A stretch of 64,000 bases of DNA from an uncultured Planctomycetota bacterium (GTDB lineage: Bacteria; Planctomycetota; Planctomycetia; Isosphaerales; Isosphaeraceae): NCBI GenBank assembly GCA_963737655.1, contig CAVTTN010000002.1:5504001-5568000 (forward strand), read 5' to 3'. The notes beneath the pieces are model-generated. The model worked only from the letters and a program-made list of their open reading frames with translations. It was not told the origin of the DNA and did no database searches. Of this stretch, positions 29,139-38,616 are shown one piece after another (position 1 is the stretch's first letter; each line of letters starts with the position of its first letter). A program made the position numbers and the translations under genes.

Positions 29139-31004
29139 TCATCGCGTCTCCAAAGTGCCCATCGCCTTCAGGAGCACACCGCCGCCGGTCCTGTCGGGCG
29201 TGGCCCCCTTCTTCAACTCGCCCCCCTGCCCTTCGGCGCCGACCCGGACGTAACTCTCGAACGGCTTGCCGGTGAAGCAGGATTCGCCCAGGGTCGCGGC
29301 CAGGCGTCCGCCCTCGACGACGAACATCGGGGCGCCTTTCGGATCGGTCGTGGTGTAACACAGGCCGCCGAGGACCTCGGTCGATCCGCCCCCGGCCGTC
29401 TTCACCAGGATCCCGCCCCGCTCGGTCTTGAACCCGAGGACCCAGAGTTGACCGCCGTCGTTCAGGACGTGCGTCCCCTCGTTCTCGACGTTGAATTGAC
29501 GGGCCCACACGTTTTGCTCGCCGAATCGCCAGTCGGTGAACGGGTTCGAGCAGACGTCTTCGAGGAACAGGTCGCCCTTGCCGGTGAAGTGGCCGTTGAC
29601 GTTGCAGCAGTCCTTGACGACGAGCGTCCGGGCCGAGGTGTTGTCGAGCATCGGCGTGGTCGAATAGCCGCCGCCGAACCTCTCGAAGACCACGACCGGC
29701 GCGGACCCCTCGCCGATCTCGAACGCGGGCCGCCCCTTCAGGTCGTCGGGGATCAACGTCGCCTCGCAACCGATCAGCCGGCGGACCGTCCCCCCGACGC
29801 GGACGGTCCGGCCGATCTTGTAGGCCCCGGGAGGGAAATAGATCGTGGATCGGCCCGAATCGACGGCCTTCTGGATCGCCTCGGAGTCGTCCTGATCGTC
29901 GTCGGGCTTCGCGCCGAAATGCGTGGGGCTGGCCCAGTCCTTCAGGGCATCCCAGGGGACTTCCGGCGTCTCCTTCACCGGGAGATTGGCGACCGAGGCC
30001 GAGGCGATCGGCGACGACGGGTGCGAGACGAATTCGGGGACGACGCGGCCCGGGTCGGGCCTCCGCGAGTTGGCCGAGTTGCGGATCGTCTCGGCGAACC
30101 CGACCGACGCGACGTTCCTTGCCAGCAAGAACCCCTCATTCAGCACCGCCGGCTTCGCCACCGACCCCCGGAGCGACCGGATCTCGGCGTCGATCAGGAC
30201 GAGCACGCCGGCCCCTCCCGAGTTCACCACGGCCGGGACGAGCCCTCGCGTCTTGAGTCCTCGGAGGCTCACGCACTGCCCTTCATTCGCGAATCCGAAT
30301 CGGTTTTGGTTCTCCAGTTCGAGATTTTCCAGCGTGATGCTGTCAACCACATGGGCCGTCCTCACGCCGAAGTCGAACCCGACGACCTTCACGTCCTTGA
30401 TCAAGCAGGGGCCGTTCTCATCGGTGTACGCAAGGTCCAGGCCGACCTGGCCTTTCCCGTCACCCGAGCGGATCGTGACGTCCCGGACGCAGCCTTGATT
30501 GTTCGCCATGAACCGCAGGCCGATGGCGCCGGGGTTCTTCTTGCCGGTGTCGATGGTGAGGTCGCGGACGGCGTTGCGGAACCGCTGGGCGGGGGCCTGG
30601 CCGGTCCAGATCGTGGCTTTCGGGGCCATCGGGTCGTCGAAGCCGGGGCAGGCGTCGGGGATCTTCAAGATGGTCTTCTCGCGGGCCTGCCCCTGGAGGA
30701 TCGTGTTCTTCTCCTCCCAGCCGCCGACGGTCCCATGCGGCCATTTCAGGGTGTCGGTGATCTTGTAAGTGCCGGCCGGAAGGTAGATGATGCGACCACC
30801 GTTGGGGAAGGCGTCCAGCGCCTTCTGGATCGCGGCGGTGTCGTCTCGGAGGCCGTCCCCCCTCGCGCCGAAATCCCTCACGTTGACCACGCCCGAATCC
30901 TTCGGGAAGATGAGGTCGGCCGATCGAGCGGGGTTCGGAAAGATCGCCAGCCAAACTGCGGCGAACACGGGCGCGAGGCGACGGCGGGCAAAGTTCTTCG
31001 TCAC
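29139..31004 (-). CDS. Secreted pectate-lyase-superfamily beta-helix glycoside hydrolase
   Basis: Two N-cap repeats, VNVRDFGARGDGLRDDTAAIQ and HFGAKPDDDQDDSEAIQ...YFPPGAY. Confidence 0.85.
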   Translation of the reverse strand: MTKNFARRRLAPVFAAVWLAIFPNPARSADLIFPKDSGVVNVRDFGARGDGLRDDTAAIQKALDAFPNGGRIIYLPAGTYKITDTLKWPHGTVGGWEEKNTILQGQAREKTILKIPDACPGFDDPMAPKATIWTGQAPAQRFRNAVRDLTIDTGKKNPGAIGLRFMANNQGCVRDVTIRSGDGKGQVGLDLAYTDENGPCLIKDVKVVGFDFGVRTAHVVDSITLENLELENQNRFGFANEGQCVSLRGLKTRGLVPAVVNSGGAGVLVLIDAEIRSLRGSVAKPAVLNEGFLLARNVASVGFAETIRNSANSRRPDPGRVVPEFVSHPSSPIASASVANLPVKETPEVPWDALKDWASPTHFGAKPDDDQDDSEAIQKAVDSGRSTIYFPPGAYKIGRTVRVGGTVRRLIGCEATLIPDDLKGRPAFEIGEGSAPVVVFERFGGGYSTTPMLDNTSARTLVVKDCCNVNGHFTGKGDLFLEDVCSNPFTDWRFGEQNVWARQFNVENEGTHVLNDGGQLWVLGFKTERGGILVKTAGGGSTEVLGGLCYTTTDPKGAPMFVVEGGRLAATLGESCFTGKPFESYVRVGAEGQGGELKKGATPDRTGGGVLLKAMGTLETR

Positions 31005-31085
31005 GGGAAGCCCCCGGATGGACGTTCGGCGAGGAGACGGCGGGCGGAGGTTCTCCCGGGGATTCTAACCGGACGGGGTGCTGCG

Positions 31086-32213
31086 ATGGCGAGGAGTCTT
31101 CCGAAAGGCGGGGGTGAGACGGGCGGTGCGGCCGGCGGGTTCTTCCCCGGCTCGGACGTGGCGATCTCGGACTTACGGGCGCTGAAACGACGGTTCTCGA
31201 AGCGCTATCTCGGGCCGGGCGGGCCGACGACGGAGGCCCGGCCCACGCGGTTCGCCGCCTCGGCCGTCCTCGCCCCGTCGCCGACCGTCGGCGACGGCAA
31301 CATCGTCGGCGTGGGAGTCGGCGAGAAGCTCTCCGAGGGCGGGCCGACCGGCGTCCCCGCCCTGACGTTCCTGGTCAAGGTGAAATATCCGCCCTCCCAG
31401 CTCTCCGCGAAGGGCCTGATCCCGCCGACCGTCGACGGCATCCCCACGGATGTCGTCGAGGTCGGCGTCCTCCGGCCGGTCGCCGCGAGGAAGAAGGCGG
31501 CGAAGGCGGCGGCCCCGGCCTCGTCGCCGCCGGACCCCAAGGTCCGCATCCGGCCCGCCGCCCCGGGCAGCTCGATCGGCTTCCGCGACCCGGGCGACGC
31601 CTTCGTGATGGCCGGGACGTTCGGCGCCCTCGTGGCCGACGACAAGGGCGTGTACATCCTGAGCAATAATCACGTTTTGGCCGACGAGAACCAGCTCGCG
31701 CTCGGCTCGCCGATCTTCCAGCCCGGGCTGCTCGACGGCGGCAATCCCACGAAGGACCAGGTCGCCACGCTGACCCGGTTCATCCCGATCGACACCTCGG
31801 CCGACAACAAGGTCGATTGCGCGATCGCCCAGGCGCTCAGGCCCGACCTCGTCACCAACGCGATCCTCCAGATCGGCGCCCCGACCGGCTCGGCCGAGGC
31901 CGCGTTCGACATGAACGTCCACAAGTTCGGCCGGACCAGCGGCTACACCGCCGGGCGGATCGCCAGCATCGACACCGACGTGACCATCCAGTACGAGGCC
32001 GGGCCCGTCTTCTTCGCCGGTCAGATCACGATCGACTCCCTGCCCGGGACGAAATCGTCCTCCCCGTTCAGCAAGGCCGGCGACTCGGGGTCGTTGATCG
32101 TCGAGCGCTCGACGGGCAAGGCCGTCGGCCTCCTGTTCGCCGGCTCCGACGCCCGGACGATCGCCAACCACATCGGCGACGTTTTGGAGGCCCTGGCCGT
32201 CCGCCTGGCGTGA
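31086..32213 (+). CDS. Nal1-like trypsin-fold serine protease (start uncertain)
   Basis: SNNHVLA (His), VDCAIA (Asp), GDSGS (Ser), KFGRTSG and GLLFAGS; N-domain NIVGVGVGEK...DGIPTDVVEVG. Confidence 0.85.
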   Translation: MARSLPKGGGETGGAAGGFFPGSDVAISDLRALKRRFSKRYLGPGGPTTEARPTRFAASAVLAPSPTVGDGNIVGVGVGEKLSEGGPTGVPALTFLVKVKYPPSQLSAKGLIPPTVDGIPTDVVEVGVLRPVAARKKAAKAAAPASSPPDPKVRIRPAAPGSSIGFRDPGDAFVMAGTFGALVADDKGVYILSNNHVLADENQLALGSPIFQPGLLDGGNPTKDQVATLTRFIPIDTSADNKVDCAIAQALRPDLVTNAILQIGAPTGSAEAAFDMNVHKFGRTSGYTAGRIASIDTDVTIQYEAGPVFFAGQITIDSLPGTKSSSPFSKAGDSGSLIVERSTGKAVGLLFAGSDARTIANHIGDVLEALAVRLA

Positions 32214-32233
32214 ATCGAGGAAGGCCGACGATC

Positions 32234-32461
32234 ATGAACGACTCGCTCGAAGCGCTCCGCCAGGTCAAGGCGAGACATTCCAGGGCCCTGCTGGCGAGGC
32301 CGGGGGTCTCGGGCGTCGGCATCGAGCTCGACGATCGGGGCCAGCCGGCGTTGACGGTCCACCTCGACGCCGACCGCCCCGAGGCCCGCGACGGCCTCCC
32401 CGACGAGATCGAGGGGCATCCCGTCCGCTACCTCCGGACCGGGCCGTTCCGCGCACTCTGA
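32234..32461 (+). CDS. 75-aa protein resembling the N-terminal domain of the upstream protease
   Basis: LLARPGVSGVGI...PALTVHL...LPDEIEGHPVRYLRTGPFRAL; GGAAGG RBS. Confidence 0.7.
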   Translation: MNDSLEALRQVKARHSRALLARPGVSGVGIELDDRGQPALTVHLDADRPEARDGLPDEIEGHPVRYLRTGPFRAL

Positions 32462-32465
32462 GCCG

Positions 32466-32590
32466 ACCCCGGAAGATTCACCACGAAGCCACAAAGGCCA
32501 CGAAGGAAGACACAAAGGAGTCGGTGGATTCCAGTCCTCTTCGTGTCTTCCTTCGTGGCCTTTGTGGCTTCGTGGTGAATCTTCCGGGGT
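32466..32590. repeat. Long palindromic element with perfect 48-bp arms
   Basis: 32466-32513 is the exact reverse complement of 32543-32590; internal ccacgaag/ccacaaag sub-repeats. Confidence 0.9.
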
Positions 32591-32737
32591 TTTCTCCAGG
32601 GCCGGTCGAGACCGCGTCCTTCGCCCGATCCCGGCCCCTCGGCCTGTCGATTCCAGGCCCGGTCTCGCGTTTCTCCGAGGGGCCGGACCGATCGCGTCGG
32701 CCCTCCGCCCGAGAATCCGACCCGAGGAGCCTCCGCC

Positions 32738-33658
32738 ATGTCCCGAACCTGCCTCGCCGCCTGGTTCGTCGCCCTCGCCGCGAGCCGAGGCCAGGCTCAA
32801 GCCCTCCCCGAGAACCCGTTCGACTCCAACGTGAAGGTCGCCGTCTCGGCCGACAGGTGGGTCGTCCAGAGCGACGGCATCCCGACCCATCCCACCGGCG
32901 ACTTCCCCAACGACACCAACCCCAACCGGATCACCAGGCAGTCGTACCGCTTCACGATCCCCCGCAAGCCGAAGAAGGCCGAGAAGACCACGCCCACGCC
33001 GTTCGGGCCGATCGGCGTGGCGATCAACGGCATCCCGTTCTACAATCCGTACAACGCCCAGGGGCGAGACGCCGTCCTCGGCCCGAACGCCGAGATCTTC
33101 GACTCCTGCTGCGGCCACCCCGACCCGATGGGCCGCTACCATTATCACAAGTACCCGGTCTGCGTGAAGTCCCCGTTCACCGACCCCAAGGGCCAGCACT
33201 CGCCGCTCCTCGGGTTCCTGTTCGACGGCTTCCCCCTCTACGGCCCGAACGGCACCGACGGCCAGCCGCCCAAAGACCTGGACGAATGCAACGGCCACGA
33301 GGACGCCGATCGCGGCTACCACTACCACGTCACGGCCAAATATCCCTACTTGATCGGGGCCTACCGAGGCACGCCTGACGCCTCGAACATCGACCGACCC
33401 CGCTTCCCCGGCCGCAACGGCCCGTTCCAGATGGGCCCCGGAGGCCGTCCGCCGCTCCCGCCGATCATGAAGGCCCTCGACAAGGACGGGGACGGCCAGC
33501 TCTCGACCCAGGAGATCCAGGACGCCGCCGAATCGCTCAAGACGCTCGACAAGGACGGAGACGGCCAGCTCTCGCCCGAGGAGCTCCGCCCGCCGCGACC
33601 CGAAAGGCCGGGCCCGGCGGGGCCGAGCGATCGGGAGGGCCGGCCGGGAGATCGATGA
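32738..33658 (+). CDS. YHYH-domain secreted protein with C-terminal EF-hands
   Basis: YHYH twice, [24 protein letters not shown] twice. Confidence 0.88.
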   Translation: MSRTCLAAWFVALAASRGQAQALPENPFDSNVKVAVSADRWVVQSDGIPTHPTGDFPNDTNPNRITRQSYRFTIPRKPKKAEKTTPTPFGPIGVAINGIPFYNPYNAQGRDAVLGPNAEIFDSCCGHPDPMGRYHYHKYPVCVKSPFTDPKGQHSPLLGFLFDGFPLYGPNGTDGQPPKDLDECNGHEDADRGYHYHVTAKYPYLIGAYRGTPDASNIDRPRFPGRNGPFQMGPGGRPPLPPIMKALDKDGDGQLSTQEIQDAAESLKTLDKDGDGQLSPEELRPPRPERPGPAGPSDREGRPGDR

Positions 33659-33724
33659 GCCGGTACGCCTACCGTCGGATCACCTCACCCTGTTCCGTCC
33701 CTCGATCCGACCTTCCCGCGTCGC

Positions 33725-34147
33725 TCAGGCCGCCTGCTCGGCCCGACGCTTCAGGGCCGAGGCGAACTCGTCGAACGACGGCTGGAGGTCGGGGATCGAT
33801 TTCGTGATCAGGCCCGCCATCGGCCCGGAGAACACCTCCCGCATGGAGAACTCGACCCCGCCATCTCGGGGCGTGAGCGTGTAGGTCCGCTCCCCCTTGA
33901 ACAGGCCCAGGGGCATCCCGCCGGTCCAGACCATCCGCCGAGGGGCGTCGAATTCGCTCACGCGGACCGGGAACGCCCGCCCCGGGCTGACCTTCGTCGA
34001 GACGGTCACCCGGCCCCCGGCCACGATCGCCCCCTCCACCTTCTCGACCGTCGGGTTCCAACCCACCCACCCGGGCCCGTCGGTCAGGAGGCCCCAGACG
34101 ACGTCCGGGCTCGCGTGGATGAACGTGGAGACGGCGAATGACTTCAT
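33725..34147 (-). CDS. SRPBCC/START-like domain protein
   Basis: IHASPDVVWGLLTD...WNP...GGMPLGLFKGERT...ALKRRAE. Confidence 0.85.
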   Translation of the reverse strand: MKSFAVSTFIHASPDVVWGLLTDGPGWVGWNPTVEKVEGAIVAGGRVTVSTKVSPGRAFPVRVSEFDAPRRMVWTGGMPLGLFKGERTYTLTPRDGGVEFSMREVFSGPMAGLITKSIPDLQPSFDEFASALKRRAEQAA

Positions 34148-34341
34148 CGGGTCTTCCCTTGTTCGATCGTCCGGTGGAGGCCGGGCCCGGCGAATCGAGC
34201 GACCGGACCCGGACGGCGTCCACACCCTAGGGGAGCCGGATGTCGAGAGCAACCAGAATCGACGCGAACCAAAATATCAATAAATCATCAATTCAATTAC
34301 ATAAAACAACGACCGCTCGCTACGGCCGCCGTCGAGCCAGG

Positions 34342-34545
34342 TCACGCCTTCGTGCCCCTCGGTGCCCATTCCTCCCGGTGGAGCGACGGCCCATCCAGGT
34401 GCAGGCGGACGCGGTTCAGGACATTCCGGCCGATGACCCCGACCTCCGAATCGACCAGGAGGGAGCGACCGCGGAAGGACTTGTTCAGGACGACGAGGAC
34501 GGCGAGACGAGGACACCATCCTGAATCTGCCCGGCCCCGGTCCAT
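34342..34545 (-). pseudogene. C-terminal remnant of a retropepsin-like (clan AA) aspartic protease
   Basis: GVIGRNVLNRVRLHLDGP motif; no catalytic DTG half found. Confidence 0.5.
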
Positions 34546-34574
34546 TCCATGGAATGGTCCTCGTCATATTTTCG

Positions 34575-34835
34575 TTATTTTTGAACATCTTTTAGCAAAT
34601 CATGCGACACAATGACATCCAGCCCAGAATGATCTTGACGCCATCGGAAATCGAACTCATCAATGTGCGCATGATCAGAACGCCAATCGCCGAACTCGAT
34701 CCGGTCGGCGGAATGCCGTAGGAACGACGCGACGCGACGAAGGTCGGCGGGGCTCAGTGCGAAGCTGATCTCACGCATCTCCAAGAGCCAAAATTCGGGA
34801 TTGATGACCGCTCGTTGATACCCATAGACCGGCAT
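34575..34835 (-). CDS. Small hypothetical protein, possibly an Imm32-like orphan immunity protein
   Basis: VYGY...EMREISFALSPADLRRVASFLRHSADRIE...DHAHI pattern (family recalled, not searched); lower GC than the flanks. Confidence 0.5.
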   Translation of the reverse strand: MPVYGYQRAVINPEFWLLEMREISFALSPADLRRVASFLRHSADRIEFGDWRSDHAHIDEFDFRWRQDHSGLDVIVSHDLLKDVQK

Positions 34836-34895
34836 CCCTGACCTCCCCTCCACCGACTGACTCGGCCCGATACCGACCCGTCATTTCGCTCGCGA

Positions 34896-35759
34896 TCACC
34901 CGCTCTGCCACCGCCTCGGCGCCGCGCCGTCGAACTTCCCGGTCGGCGCGGCGAACTTGACTCCGACTTGCCAGAGCATCTCGGGCTGGTGCTTGGCGAG
35001 GAGGTATTTCATCACGACTTCGTCCGAGGGCGGCATGCCCGGGTCCTGGAAGACCACGCAGAGCCTGGCTTCTCCTCGGAGCGTCTTCGCGTCCCAGACC
35101 TCGATCAGGGCGTGGGGGCGCCTCGGGATTCGGTAGAACTTGCCGTTGTTCTCGACCGTCACGCGGTCGAACCGGCAGAATTCGTCGAACTCCTTGGGCT
35201 GCACCACGTCCCTCACGAGCTCGGCGGCGACGAGCTCGGGGACCCCGGAGGTCTCGCCCGAGACCTCGACCTTCATCGGCTCGTCCTCGCGGGTCGGGCC
35301 GGGTTGGCTCCGGCCTTCGATCACCCGGAACGTCTCGTATTCGACGAGCCTGGCGTATCCGGCCCGGAGCGCGGCGTTCTCGATGACCATCTGCGGGAAC
35401 TTCGAGGCCGCCCTCACCACTTCATGAGAAAACGCGCTCACCTCTCTCTGGAGCTTCTCCATCCAGAATCGCGGGGTCTTGAGGCGGTCGCTCTCGGAGT
35501 AGCGGAAGACGTGGGGGCCGACGTCGGGCACGGTCACGTCGACCTCGGCGGCGGGGCGGTCGCGGACCCTCAGCACCTCGTCGTAATTGGCCTCGCCCCG
35601 GAGGAACCGCTCGGCCGTGGCCTGCTGGCTGACGGCCTTCACCCGGACGACTCGGTACGAGGGCCGGGCCCGCAAGGTCACCTCGCGGGCGGTCGGATCG
35701 ACGGGGCTGCGCTCGTCGCCCGCCTCGATCTCCCATCGCAGATAGCCGGTTCGGATCAT
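34896..35759 (-). CDS. Uncharacterised 287-aa protein with a C-terminal YRI...RLC...P..D motif; partner of the Gly-Gly protein
   Basis: Typical high-GC3 coding pattern; GAGG RBS; 40 nt downstream of the GG-terminated ORF. Confidence 0.8.
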   Translation of the reverse strand: MIRTGYLRWEIEAGDERSPVDPTAREVTLRARPSYRVVRVKAVSQQATAERFLRGEANYDEVLRVRDRPAAEVDVTVPDVGPHVFRYSESDRLKTPRFWMEKLQREVSAFSHEVVRAASKFPQMVIENAALRAGYARLVEYETFRVIEGRSQPGPTREDEPMKVEVSGETSGVPELVAAELVRDVVQPKEFDEFCRFDRVTVENNGKFYRIPRRPHALIEVWDAKTLRGEARLCVVFQDPGMPPSDEVVMKYLLAKHQPEMLWQVGVKFAAPTGKFDGAAPRRWQSG

Positions 35760-35799
35760 GCCTCGATCCGATCGCCGAGGGGTTCGCCCCCGGGACCGC

Positions 35800-36027
35800 T
35801 CAGCCTCCCTGGATGGCCGGGACGAGGAGGATTTCGGGGGCCGTCGCGTCGAACTCGCGGATCGGCCGGGTCTGGCCGGGCCCGTCGAGCCGGAAGGCCA
35901 TCCGGCCCCCGGTGAAGTTCTCGGCGAACGTCGAGCGGGCGAAGTCGATCGTCTCGGGCCGCTTCGGGTCCCACTCGGCCAGGCACAAATCTCCGTGGCC
36001 GGTCTTCAGCAAACGCAGCTTGGCCAT
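35800..36027 (-). CDS. 75-aa putative ubiquitin-like (beta-grasp) protein ending in IQGG
   Basis: AAGGAG RBS before the ATG at 36027; MAKLRLL...EILLVPAIQGG*; strand/helix pattern beta-beta-alpha-beta-beta-beta. Confidence 0.75.
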   Translation of the reverse strand: MAKLRLLKTGHGDLCLAEWDPKRPETIDFARSTFAENFTGGRMAFRLDGPGQTRPIREFDATAPEILLVPAIQGG

Positions 36028-36160
36028 GAGAGCGAACTCCTTGTAATCTCGGCCGCGGTCGCGGCTCCGTCCTTCCCTTCCCTCACCTCGGGATGCCCCC
36101 ATTGTAGTCAAGCCGGTCGGTTCAGGCCAGCGCGGAGCGAGAGGAGTCCGCGACTCGATC

Positions 36161-37639
36161 TCACCCGTGGAGGAGGCGGCGATAGATCGCCAGGAGGCGG
36201 CCGAGGCGATCGGAGTAGGGGAAGAGGTGAGGTCGGAAGCCCCCGGGTCGTCGCTCGTGGATCGCCTGAGCCTGGACGAATTCGCGGAGTCCTTCGGCGC
36301 CCCGGGTCCGGCCGAATCCGCTCGCCTTCATCCCGCCGAACGGGGCCGAGGCGAGGCCGGCGAAGGTCACCGCGTCGTTGATCGCGACCATCCCCGCCTC
36401 CAGCCGCGAGGCGACGGCCCTCGCCGCCCGGAGATCGCGGCCCCAGACGCTCGCCCCGAGGCCGAATTCGCCCGAATTCGCGGCGACGATCGCGGCTTCC
36501 GTGTTCGGTACTCCCCGGACGATCACCGCCGGGCCGAACCCGCCGGAAAGCGCCGATTCCGCCTCGGGGCGATCGGCAAGAAGGACCGTCGGCGGGTAGA
36601 ACGCCCCCAAACCGTCGGGGATCTCGCCTCCGCACAGAGGCTCGGCGCCGGCGGCGATCGCGGCCAGGATCTTTCGATGGAACCCCTCGCGGGCCTCGGG
36701 CGAGATCATCGGCCCAAGGTCCGTCCCCGCGACCGTCGGGTCTCCCATCCGGAGCGATCGGGCCCGGTCGGCCAGCGATCGGGCGAGCGGTCGGGCATCG
36801 CCAATCCCATAAATTCGCTTGATCGCGATGCACGTCTGCCCGCAGCCGACGAACGCCCCCCAGAGGAGGCCGCGGAGCGTCGTATCTCCGGGGGCATCGG
36901 GCAAGACGATCGCCGGATCGAACCCGGAAAGCTCGACCACGCCGGGAATGCCCCGGGCCGCCAGGGTCGAGGCGACCGATCGGCCCGCCGCGACCCCTCC
37001 GGTGAAGACGCCCTTGGCGATGTCGGCCGCGAGCATCGCCCGAGCGACCTCGGGACCGCCGATCAGCGTCGTGACGAGGCCCTCGGGCAAGCCCGATTCG
37101 GCCAGACGATCGGCGATCTTCGTCGCGAACCGGGCCGACCGCTCCGATGGCTTCCACGCCACCGCGTTCCCCGCCGCGAGGGCCTGGACCAGCGTCGAAA
37201 CATCGAGCAACAGCGGATAATTCCACGTGCCGACGATCCCGACCACGCCGAACGGCCGCCAGCGGACGACGGCCGGACTCATCAGGAGCAGCCGTTGCAT
37301 CCCCGGCCCGGCGCGGCCGTTGCGAAGGAGCCTGGCCGCGTGGCGAGTGGTCCAGCGGATCGAATCGAGGGTCGCGGCGACCTCGATCTCGGCCTCGCCC
37401 CGGGGCTTGCCGACCTCCTCGGCGATCGCCAGGGCCAGACTCTCGGCATCTCGCGAGAGGATCGCCCGGAGCCGATCGAGGACGCGGAGCCGATCGCGAA
37501 TCGGCCGCTCGGACCAGGCGATTTGCACCTCGCCGGCCCGGGCCACCAGCGCCGAAACGGCCTCGGGCGGGGTCGTCGCGACCCGCGCGAGCTCGGCGCC
37601 CGAGGCGGGGTTCCGGGCGATCAGGTCGTCATCGCTCAT
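36161..37639 (-). CDS. Aldehyde dehydrogenase family protein
   Basis: WNYP, KPSE, FTGG, ELSG, GQTC and PFGGMKASGFGR. Confidence 0.92.
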   Translation of the reverse strand: MSDDDLIARNPASGAELARVATTPPEAVSALVARAGEVQIAWSERPIRDRLRVLDRLRAILSRDAESLALAIAEEVGKPRGEAEIEVAATLDSIRWTTRHAARLLRNGRAGPGMQRLLLMSPAVVRWRPFGVVGIVGTWNYPLLLDVSTLVQALAAGNAVAWKPSERSARFATKIADRLAESGLPEGLVTTLIGGPEVARAMLAADIAKGVFTGGVAAGRSVASTLAARGIPGVVELSGFDPAIVLPDAPGDTTLRGLLWGAFVGCGQTCIAIKRIYGIGDARPLARSLADRARSLRMGDPTVAGTDLGPMISPEAREGFHRKILAAIAAGAEPLCGGEIPDGLGAFYPPTVLLADRPEAESALSGGFGPAVIVRGVPNTEAAIVAANSGEFGLGASVWGRDLRAARAVASRLEAGMVAINDAVTFAGLASAPFGGMKASGFGRTRGAEGLREFVQAQAIHERRPGGFRPHLFPYSDRLGRLLAIYRRLLHG

Positions 37640-37642
37640 CGA

Positions 37643-38592
37643 TCACGTCGCCTTGAGGCCAACGCCCTCCATGCCGAGGGCCGGCAGGATCGGCGCATCC
37701 TTCGGCCGATCCACGTAGCACGGCCACGACAGGTGCGCCACGGCCTCGGCCGGGTTGGCGAGGATCTCGCGTTCGAGGCGTTCGAGGTAGGTCGGCACGG
37801 CGGTCTTCGGGTCGGGATGGAACGGCGGGTCGAACGTGATCGCGTAACGACCGCCCGGCCGGTGGAGGCAGAACACCGGGACGACCGGGCTTCTCGCGAT
37901 CGCCGCCAGGTCGGCCCAGACGCCCTGGAACAGCGCCGATCGGCCGAGCAATCGCCCCGGCCGGGCATGGCACGACGGCCACGGGATATCGCCGCTCAAA
38001 TAGATCGCCATCCCCTCGCGAAGCGCCGCCGGGCCCGGACCAGTTTCTCGGCCCCCTCCCCCGCCGGCATCCGCCGCCTCAGGAAGAAGCCCGATTGGGG
38101 ATGAGGGCCGTCGGCACGATCGAACGCCGAACTCAAGAACTTCGAGACATGCCCCGGCCTTTGAACAAACAACCGGACCGGGACGCCCTTGCGATAAAGC
38201 CAATGAATACCCGCCAGGTAGGCCCCCAGATGGCAACCCAGCAACAGAACGCCTCGTCCCTTGGATCGAGCGGCCTCGACATGCTCATAACCCCTCACCT
38301 CGAACCGGGCCAGCGCCGATTCATCGCCCAGGCCATCCAGGAGGCAATCGCGGGCCACGAACCGGGCCAGATTCGAACCCAGGGATCGCCGGACCGCCCC
38401 GACCGACCAATCCGCCTTGAGGGCCTGGCGAGCGGCCACGATCTCACCCGAGGAGAACCGTCCCGGGAGCGAAACAAGCCGCCCCAGAGCCGAGAGGGCC
38501 GCATCCCCCCGCGACGGCCCGAGCCATCGCAGGAAGGGCAACAGAGCGTCATAGAACAGCGTCTTCCAGTGGAGCAGGCGGCGCAAGGTCAT
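37643..38592 (-). CDS. LpxL/LpxP-like lysophospholipid acyltransferase, frameshift near 38030
   Basis: EVRGYEHV...GRGVLLLGCHLG (37996-38592) continues as LREGMAIYLSGD...SPVVPVF...LEREILANP in another frame. Confidence 0.75.
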
Positions 38593-38616
38593 GGTGCGTT
38601 CCTTCGCGAGGGCCCG

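Noticed and set aside
29058..32213. 1051-aa ORF ending in the protease
   Set aside because: The N-terminal two thirds are antisense to the beta-helix hydrolase; the protease starts near 31086.
35800..36027. Ordinary ThiS/MoaD sulfur carrier
   Set aside because: No thi, moa or cys context, and the core sequence does not resemble these families by eye. Not fully excluded without an HMM search.
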